In this document: positions 58,284 to 64,000 of the stretch, in pieces | How positions within the stretch are numbered: position 1 is the first letter of the stretch | How the letters are laid out: every line of letters starts with the position of its first letter | NCBI GenBank assembly: GCA_045565015.1 | Contig: JBJLGD010000036.1 | Span: forward strand, 82-64,081 | Reading direction: 5' to 3' | DNA from: Paracoccaceae bacterium | Lineage (GTDB): Bacteria; Pseudomonadota; Alphaproteobacteria; Rhodobacterales; Rhodobacteraceae | DNA: 64,000 bases | Program-made: the position numbers and the translations under genes | The notes under the pieces: model-generated | What the model saw: the letters and a program-made list of their open reading frames with translations, nothing else | What the model was told of the DNA's origin: nothing | The model's database searches: none

Positions 58284-60041
58284 ATGGATAGGATTATTAC
58301 AGGCGCTGAAATTGTTGTTCAGGCATTGATTGATCAAGGGGTAGATACTATTTTTGGCTACCCTGGAGGTGCTGTTCTACCCATATACGATGCTATTTTT
58401 AAACAAAAAAAAATTAAACATATATTGGTAAGACATGAGCAAGGAGCAACTCATGCTGCCGAAGGCTATGCTAGATCAACGGGAAAACCAGGGGTAGTTT
58501 TAGTAACCTCTGGTCCGGGTGCTACGAACGCTGTAACTGGTATGACTGATGCCTTGATGGATTCAATACCTTTAGTGGTACTCACGGGGCAAGTCCCGAC
58601 ATTTATGATCGGAAATGACGCTTTTCAAGAAGCGGATACAGTTGGTATCACTAGACCTTGCACCAAACATAATTGGCTTGTAAGGAATACGGATAAATTA
58701 TCAAATATAATACATCAAGCTTTTCATGTAGCTAAAAATGGGAGGCCTGGACCAGTACTAGTAGACATTCCAAAAGATGTTCAGTTTGCAAAAGGTAAGT
58801 ATAGTTCTCCCCGTAAATCAAATAACGCTAATTACACCCCAAATATAAAGGGAGATACTAATTCAATCATTAAGATGGTCGAACTCATAGAAACAGCCGA
58901 GAGGCCGATTTTTTATACGGGTGGAGGAGTGATAAACTCTGGACCAGAAGCTTCAAAATTATTGCGTCTTTTAGCAAGGGAAACAAATTTTCCCGTAACC
59001 TCAACTTTAATGGGTCTTGGAGCTTTTCCAGCTTCTTCTAAACAATGGATGGGCATGCTGGGTATGCACGGGCTTTATGAAGCTAACATGGCCATGCACG
59101 GGTGCGATCTAATGATAAATGTTGGAGCTCGTTTCGACGACCGGATAACTGGTCGATTAGATGCGTTTAGCCCCAACTCGAAGAAAATACATATAGATAT
59201 CGACCCCTCCTCAATAAATAAAACAATAAATGTGGACGTTCCAATTATTGGTAACATATCCAACGTGCTGAATGATGTTATCAAAATTTGGAAGTCGCGA
59301 GGAAAAAAAACGAGAAAGCAAAAGATCGATAAGTGGTGGGATACAATAAACTCTTGGAGAGAGAAAAACTGTTTAAAATATGAAGCTTCTAAAAATTCTA
59401 TTAAACCTCAGTTCGCTCTTGAAAAACTTGAAGAATTGACGGCCAAATTTTCAAACAGGTATATATGTACAGAGGTTGGTCAGCATCAAATGTGGGCAGC
59501 ACAATATCTAAACTTTGAAAAACCTAATCGGTGGATGACATCTGGTGGCCTAGGAACTATGGGCTACGGATTTCCAGCATCAATTGGTGTTCAAGTGGCT
59601 CATCCGGAGAGCTTGGTTATTAATGTTGCAGGAGAAGCTTCGTGGTTAATGAATATGCAAGAAATGGGTACAGCTATTCAATACAACCTGCCTGTAAAGC
59701 AATTCATTCTTAATAACGAAAGACTAGGCATGGTTAGACAATGGCAAGAACTTTTACATGGCGAGAGATACTCACAGAGTTGGTCAGAAGCATTACCAGA
59801 TTTTGTTAAACTCGCAGAGGCTTTTGGCGCAAAAGGAATTTTATGCGAGAAACCTGAGGATTTAGAGGACGCAATTAACGAAATGATCGAGTATAAAGGC
59901 CCCGTAATATTAGATTGTTTAGTTGAAAAACATGAGAATTGCTTTCCGATGATACCCTCTGGTTCGGCTCATAATGAAATGATTATGGCAGATAGTGAAA
60001 AAAAAGAGAGTATTGGGGAAACCGGAGCGGTGTTAGTTTAA
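58284..60041 (+). CDS. ilvI: acetolactate synthase large subunit (biosynthetic)
   Basis: ThDP enzyme with GYPGGAVLPIYDA and GGLGTMGYGFPASIG motifs. ATG 58284 is preceded by GGAG. The ORF track opens at GTG 58272. Confidence 0.9.
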   Translation: MDRIITGAEIVVQALIDQGVDTIFGYPGGAVLPIYDAIFKQKKIKHILVRHEQGATHAAEGYARSTGKPGVVLVTSGPGATNAVTGMTDALMDSIPLVVLTGQVPTFMIGNDAFQEADTVGITRPCTKHNWLVRNTDKLSNIIHQAFHVAKNGRPGPVLVDIPKDVQFAKGKYSSPRKSNNANYTPNIKGDTNSIIKMVELIETAERPIFYTGGGVINSGPEASKLLRLLARETNFPVTSTLMGLGAFPASSKQWMGMLGMHGLYEANMAMHGCDLMINVGARFDDRITGRLDAFSPNSKKIHIDIDPSSINKTINVDVPIIGNISNVLNDVIKIWKSRGKKTRKQKIDKWWDTINSWREKNCLKYEASKNSIKPQFALEKLEELTAKFSNRYICTEVGQHQMWAAQYLNFEKPNRWMTSGGLGTMGYGFPASIGVQVAHPESLVINVAGEASWLMNMQEMGTAIQYNLPVKQFILNNERLGMVRQWQELLHGERYSQSWSEALPDFVKLAEAFGAKGILCEKPEDLEDAINEMIEYKGPVILDCLVEKHENCFPMIPSGSAHNEMIMADSEKKESIGETGAVLV

Positions 60042-60077
60042 CAAAAATTTTTGGGAAACCGATGAAAATGAAGAAAG

Positions 60078-60650
60078 GTGACTTTAATGAGTTCTTTAAA
60101 TATAACAAAAGGTACGTCAAAACATTCCGCCTATGATCTCAAAGACCCAAATTCAGACATAATCGAGACACACACGTTAGCAGTTATAGTTTCGAATGAA
60201 TCTGGAGTTTTAGCAAGGGTTATAGGTTTATTTTCAGGTAGAGGGTATAATATCCATAGCTTGACAGTTGCTGAAATTGATCACGATAGCAATAAATCTA
60301 GAATTACAATTGTAACAACAGGAACACCACCAGTTTTAGCTCAAATTAAAGCTCAGTTAGATCGAATGATTCCAGTTTTTGAAGTTCATGACTTAACAGA
60401 AGAAGGTAAAACCGTTGAAAGAGAACTAGCTCTATTTTCTGTAAAAGGCACAGGAAATAAGAGAGTGGAAGCCTTGAGATTAGCAGATATATTTCGAGCT
60501 AATGTAGTAGACTCAACGCTTGCGAGCTTTATTTTTGAATTAACTGGAACGTCAGAGAAGATTGATGCTTTTGCCGACCTAATGAAACCATTAGGATTAA
60601 TAGAAATAGCTAGGACTGGAATAGCTGCACTAGGCAGAGGTAATATTTGA
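60078..60650 (+). CDS. ilvH: acetolactate synthase small (regulatory) subunit
   Basis: ACT domain (HTLAVIVSNESGVLARVIGLFSGRGYNIHSL) plus the C-terminal AHAS small-subunit domain. Alternative start ATG 60087. Confidence 0.85.
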   Translation: MTLMSSLNITKGTSKHSAYDLKDPNSDIIETHTLAVIVSNESGVLARVIGLFSGRGYNIHSLTVAEIDHDSNKSRITIVTTGTPPVLAQIKAQLDRMIPVFEVHDLTEEGKTVERELALFSVKGTGNKRVEALRLADIFRANVVDSTLASFIFELTGTSEKIDAFADLMKPLGLIEIARTGIAALGRGNI

Positions 60651-60777
60651 TAAAAAAAATTTATGGCGAATTAGCATTAAAGTTGTTATCATAAACTGGT
60701 TTTTTCTACATCTCAAGATTTTAGACTGTTTAAAACCTAAGTCGCTGTATTAAGTAATTCTTCAGGAAGTATGTTGC

Positions 60778-61914
60778 ATGTCAAGCTATCTTAAATCAAT
60801 TTTACAGCCTGTAGAGCAAGCCACAGGTTTACCAAACAAGCATTATATTAATCCCAAAATGCATCAATTGGAAAAAAAATCTTTATTTTTTAATACTTGG
60901 GCCGGTTTATCAGTAGCAGCCGCAGTTCCTAACGCTGGGGATGCGAAACCAATAACTTTTTTTGACATACCACTGTTGATTATTCGCGATAAAAACCACG
61001 ACATAAGGGTTTTTCAAAATATTTGTAGACATCGCGGTATGATCTTAGTGAATGAAGAAAAAAATATAGAAGGTGCGATACGCTGTCCCTATCATTCATG
61101 GTGTTATTCTCTAGACGGTCGTTTGATTGCTACTCCCCATGTTGGTGGCCCCGGGATGAATACGCATCGTAATATAAAAAAAGATAATTTAGGGCTTATT
61201 GAGGTGCGTTCCCATATATGGATGGATGTAATATTTATAAATATATCCGGTACTGCTCCTCCATTTCAATTGGTTAACAAACAGTTAATTGAGAGGTGGA
61301 AAGAATTTGATCAACCTATTTATCATGGAGGGTTAAATAGTAAATTCACCTTAAAGGTAAATTGTAATTGGAAATTAGCAGTGGAGAACTATTGTGAAAG
61401 CTACCATCTCCCATGGGTACACCCAAGTTTGAATTCTTACTCGAAATTAGAAGATCATTATAATATTGAAAGCCCCGGTATTTATTCGGGTCAAGGTACG
61501 TATTTATATCAACAGTATCAATCTTCTGGAGGTAGTGTTTTTCCCAACTTTCAAAATCTAAGTAAAAAATGGAACAAGGGTGCTGAATATATAACGGTTT
61601 TCCCAAACGTACTTATGGCCTGCCAGAAAGATCATGTTTGGTCTGCTGTTCTAAGCCCAGAATCTCACGATAGTACAGTAGAAGAAATAAACATTTATTA
61701 TGCTAAACCAAACTTATGCGACAATATGAAAAAAAATAATATGGAATTATGGAAAGGTATTTTTCTAGAGGATATTTTTGTTGTTGAAGGAATGCAAAAC
61801 GGTAGGAATTGTTTTGGATTTGATGGTGGTAAATTTTCTCCAACTATGGACGGTCCAACGCATTTATTTCATGCTTGGGTGGCCGAGAATTTGATAATTT
61901 ACAAGGAATCTTAA
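60778..61914 (+). CDS. Rieske [2Fe-2S] non-heme-iron oxygenase, alpha subunit type
   Basis: 378 aa. The Rieske motif is CRHRG...CPYHSWCY. The mononuclear-iron motif is ENYCESYHLPWVHP (choline-monooxygenase-like subgroup). Confidence 0.8.
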   Translation: MSSYLKSILQPVEQATGLPNKHYINPKMHQLEKKSLFFNTWAGLSVAAAVPNAGDAKPITFFDIPLLIIRDKNHDIRVFQNICRHRGMILVNEEKNIEGAIRCPYHSWCYSLDGRLIATPHVGGPGMNTHRNIKKDNLGLIEVRSHIWMDVIFINISGTAPPFQLVNKQLIERWKEFDQPIYHGGLNSKFTLKVNCNWKLAVENYCESYHLPWVHPSLNSYSKLEDHYNIESPGIYSGQGTYLYQQYQSSGGSVFPNFQNLSKKWNKGAEYITVFPNVLMACQKDHVWSAVLSPESHDSTVEEINIYYAKPNLCDNMKKNNMELWKGIFLEDIFVVEGMQNGRNCFGFDGGKFSPTMDGPTHLFHAWVAENLIIYKES

Positions 61915-61918
61915 TTTA

Positions 61919-62140
61919 TTGTCCTTTAATAAGAATCTCAACGACGAGATACTAGAACATTATTTTAACAATAATAAAGTAGGCTTAATGAGCTGCTATA
62001 GACTGGCTGCTAATCACTCAAAAGACGTTAATGAGGTAGCTTTTTTTCTAACTCAGGCCTATATTTTCTCATTAGAAACTGGGGATAGCGTAGTTTCTAA
62101 CTCGATTTTTCTCGAGTTAGAAAAGATGAAACGCATATAA
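61919..62140 (+). CDS. hypothetical protein
   Basis: 73-aa ORF starting at TTG, 4 nt after the Rieske oxygenase stop. No recognisable family, and coding status is uncertain. Confidence 0.25.
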   Translation: MSFNKNLNDEILEHYFNNNKVGLMSCYRLAANHSKDVNEVAFFLTQAYIFSLETGDSVVSNSIFLELEKMKRI

Positions 62141-62204
62141 CTTATTATCCGTAGATAAAAATTTAACTGTCCAGGGACTATAAGTTTTCTCTATTCATTA
62201 CATT

Positions 62205-64000
62205 TCAACTGCACCCAGACGTAGAACCGCACGTATTACATTTCATGCACGTCCCATTACGTACCAATGTGTAGTTTCCACACTCACCACAAGCTTCTCC
62301 CTCGTAACCCTGCATTTTTGCTTTTGCTACTTGATCTAAGCCAGTTGACATTGGATTTGAATTTTCAGTAATGCCAAGTCCTTCCTGGAAGTTTTCATTA
62401 CTGGATATGGGTTCCACTGCTAGTGCCTCTACTCCTTTAGATACGTTAAGACCACCTTGGAGAACTTGAAGTTCATGGGGGACTCTCTTTCGCAAATATC
62501 CGGATGAACTTATCTGTTTTAATACTGCTAATGATTTAGATTCGTTGGCTTCTGATACTTTATTTATGTTACGAATATCGTCCTTTTCACCCCGTCCCAG
62601 ATCATCAAAACTAGCTCCCTCAGGTTTAACATGGGCAAGATCCGATCTATCTAAATAGGAAACAGCTAACTCTCTAAAGATATAATCCAAAATTGATGTA
62701 GCATTTTTGATGGAGTCGTTACCCTGCACCATTCCAGCCGGTTCAAATTTTGTAAAGGTAAACGCATCTACAAACTCTTCCAAAGGTACCCCATACTGGA
62801 GTCCTACTGATACCGCGATTGCAAAGTTATTCATCATCGCTCTAAAACCGGCTCCTTCCTTGTGCATATCAATAAATATTTCGCCTAATGCCCCATTTTC
62901 ATATTCTCCTGTTCTAAGATATACTTTATGTCCACCAACGGTGGCCTTCTGGGTGTAGCCCTTACGCCTATGCGGCATCTTCTCTCTGTTTGACGTGCTT
63001 AACTCTTTTACTAAGATTTTTTCAACAACCTTTTCCGCTAGCACTGATGCCTTTTCGTGAGGATTTCCAGATTCTAACACTTCGGCGGCGTTATCATCAT
63101 CCTCTATTAGTGCTGACGCAAGTGGTTGCGAAAGCTTTGATCCGTCCCTGTAGAGAGCGTTTGCTTTAACACCTAAAGTCCAGCTTAATTCGTAAGCTTT
63201 TTGACACTCCTCAATAGTAGCATTGTTTGGCATATTTATAGTCTTCGATATTGCTCCAGATATAAATGACTGCGCTGCAGCCATCATGTATATATGACTA
63301 TTAACCGACAAAAATCTTTTACCTTTTTTCCCACATGGGTTAGCGCAATCAAAGATTTTATAATCTTTTTCTTTTAAATGTGGTGCTCCTTCAAGTGTCA
63401 TGGTTCCACACACGTGGTCATTAGCTAAGTCAATTTGTTCTTTCGAAAAGCCTAAGTGAGATAACATATCAAAAGACGGGTTGTTTAACTCTGAAAGTGG
63501 TATTCCAAGTGTCTGGGAACAAAACTCTTCTCCCAAAGTCCATTGGTTAAAAACAAATTTTATGTCAAAAGCGCTTGGAAGTGCTTCTTCTATTTTTGCA
63601 ATCTCAGTTGACCCAAATCCATGGCCAACCAGTGAACTGTGATTTATCCCTGGACAATTTCCCAATGTTCCGTGACCGACCGCGTGTGATACTATTTCTT
63701 CAATCTCTGAGGAGGGATAACCCATTTTTTCAAGTGCTGCTGGAACACTTCTGTTTATTATTTTGAAGTAGCCTCCACCCGCAAGCTTTTTAAACTTCAC
63801 TAACGCAAAATCAGGTTCAATACCTGTGGTATCACAATCCATGACCAAACCTATGGTTCCCGTTGGCGCGATAACTGTGGATTGAGCATTACGGAATCCG
63901 AATCTTTCGCCCAGATCTAGAGCATTATCCCAATGCTTCTGTGCTAAAGAAACCAATTCTTGAACTGGGCAAGACAATATATCCAAAGCCACAGGGTTAA
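62205..64000 (-). CDS. nrdJ: adenosylcobalamin-dependent (class II) ribonucleotide reductase, 3' part (5' end outside the window)
   Basis: The reading frame is open to the window edge. It contains [30 protein letters not shown] and the C-terminal Cys cluster CGECG...CMKCNTCG typical of long NrdJ proteins. Confidence 0.85.
   Translation of the reverse strand, partial: NPVALDILSCPVQELVSLAQKHWDNALDLGERFGFRNAQSTVIAPTGTIGLVMDCDTTGIEPDFALVKFKKLAGGGYFKIINRSVPAALEKMGYPSSEIEEIVSHAVGHGTLGNCPGINHSSLVGHGFGSTEIAKIEEALPSAFDIKFVFNQWTLGEEFCSQTLGIPLSELNNPSFDMLSHLGFSKEQIDLANDHVCGTMTLEGAPHLKEKDYKIFDCANPCGKKGKRFLSVNSHIYMMAAAQSFISGAISKTINMPNNATIEECQKAYELSWTLGVKANALYRDGSKLSQPLASALIEDDDNAAEVLESGNPHEKASVLAEKVVEKILVKELSTSNREKMPHRRKGYTQKATVGGHKVYLRTGEYENGALGEIFIDMHKEGAGFRAMMNNFAIAVSVGLQYGVPLEEFVDAFTFTKFEPAGMVQGNDSIKNATSILDYIFRELAVSYLDRSDLAHVKPEGASFDDLGRGEKDDIRNINKVSEANESKSLAVLKQISSSGYLRKRVPHELQVLQGGLNVSKGVEALAVEPISSNENFQEGLGITENSNPMSTGLDQVAKAKMQGYEGEACGECGNYTLVRNGTCMKCNTCGSTSGCS

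Noticed and set aside
1-64000. Search for CRISPR repeats, IS elements, integrases, phage genes, toxin-antitoxin pairs, and tRNA or rRNA genes.
   Set aside because: No ORF resembles a transposase, integrase, Cas or phage protein. I noticed no regularly spaced direct repeats. No intergenic region is long or GC-rich enough to hold a tRNA or rRNA. This was judged by eye, so short or degenerate elements could have been missed.

Overview
AT-rich (roughly one-third G+C by eye), very compact bacterial chromosome segment with about 58 protein-coding genes. I found no rRNA or tRNA genes, CRISPR arrays, transposases, integrases or phage genes. The gene order dusB-ntrB-ntrC-ntrY-ntrX-trkA-trkH-hfq-hflX, plus ispD/ispF-pgpA-cinA, is classical alphaproteobacterial core synteny. 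The source is therefore most likely a streamlined, probably marine, alphaproteobacterium (inference). Content from left to right: a cobalamin-biosynthesis cluster (cobK, cbiD, cobA, cobB); cimA and cysS; an aminotransferase, an MttB-family methyltransferase and crotonyl-CoA carboxylase/reductase; a three-gene block that is heavily frameshifted (CoA-transferase, FAD monooxygenase, SDR); an ADH-ALDH-SDR-GloB-Hyi block; pgi and a ribokinase; a tightly coupled operon of SBP56/methanethiol-oxidase-like protein, 2Fe-2S ferredoxin and CoA-binding protein; a five-gene homoprotocatechuate meta-cleavage cluster (hpaF-E-D-G-H); mfd and hemB; a penicillin-acylase-family gene; the ntr/trk/hfq core; ilvIH; a Rieske oxygenase; and the 3' part of a class II (B12-dependent) ribonucleotide reductase running off the window. 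Main observations: (1) Eleven single-base indels interrupt eight otherwise well-conserved genes. Most fall visibly inside A/T homopolymer runs, and the rest can be placed in short ones. Six of them are concentrated in one 3.1-kb block. This is most simply homopolymer miscalling in the assembly, but the clustering leaves real gene decay open for that block. (2) The NtrC orthologue has an AAA+ domain without the GAFTGA loop and with a shortened pre-sensor-I insertion, which suggests sigma-54-independent action. (3) ispD and ispF lie in the same frame, separated by one TAA, with a Shine-Dalgarno sequence inside the end of ispD. (4) A cytoplasmic SBP56 protein is start/stop-overlapped with a ferredoxin and a CoA-binding protein, an association I cannot explain from described methanethiol oxidase systems. 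I see no defence island or mobile element, and no single clearly novel multi-gene system. The SBP56 operon and the ntr peculiarities are the best candidates for follow-up.
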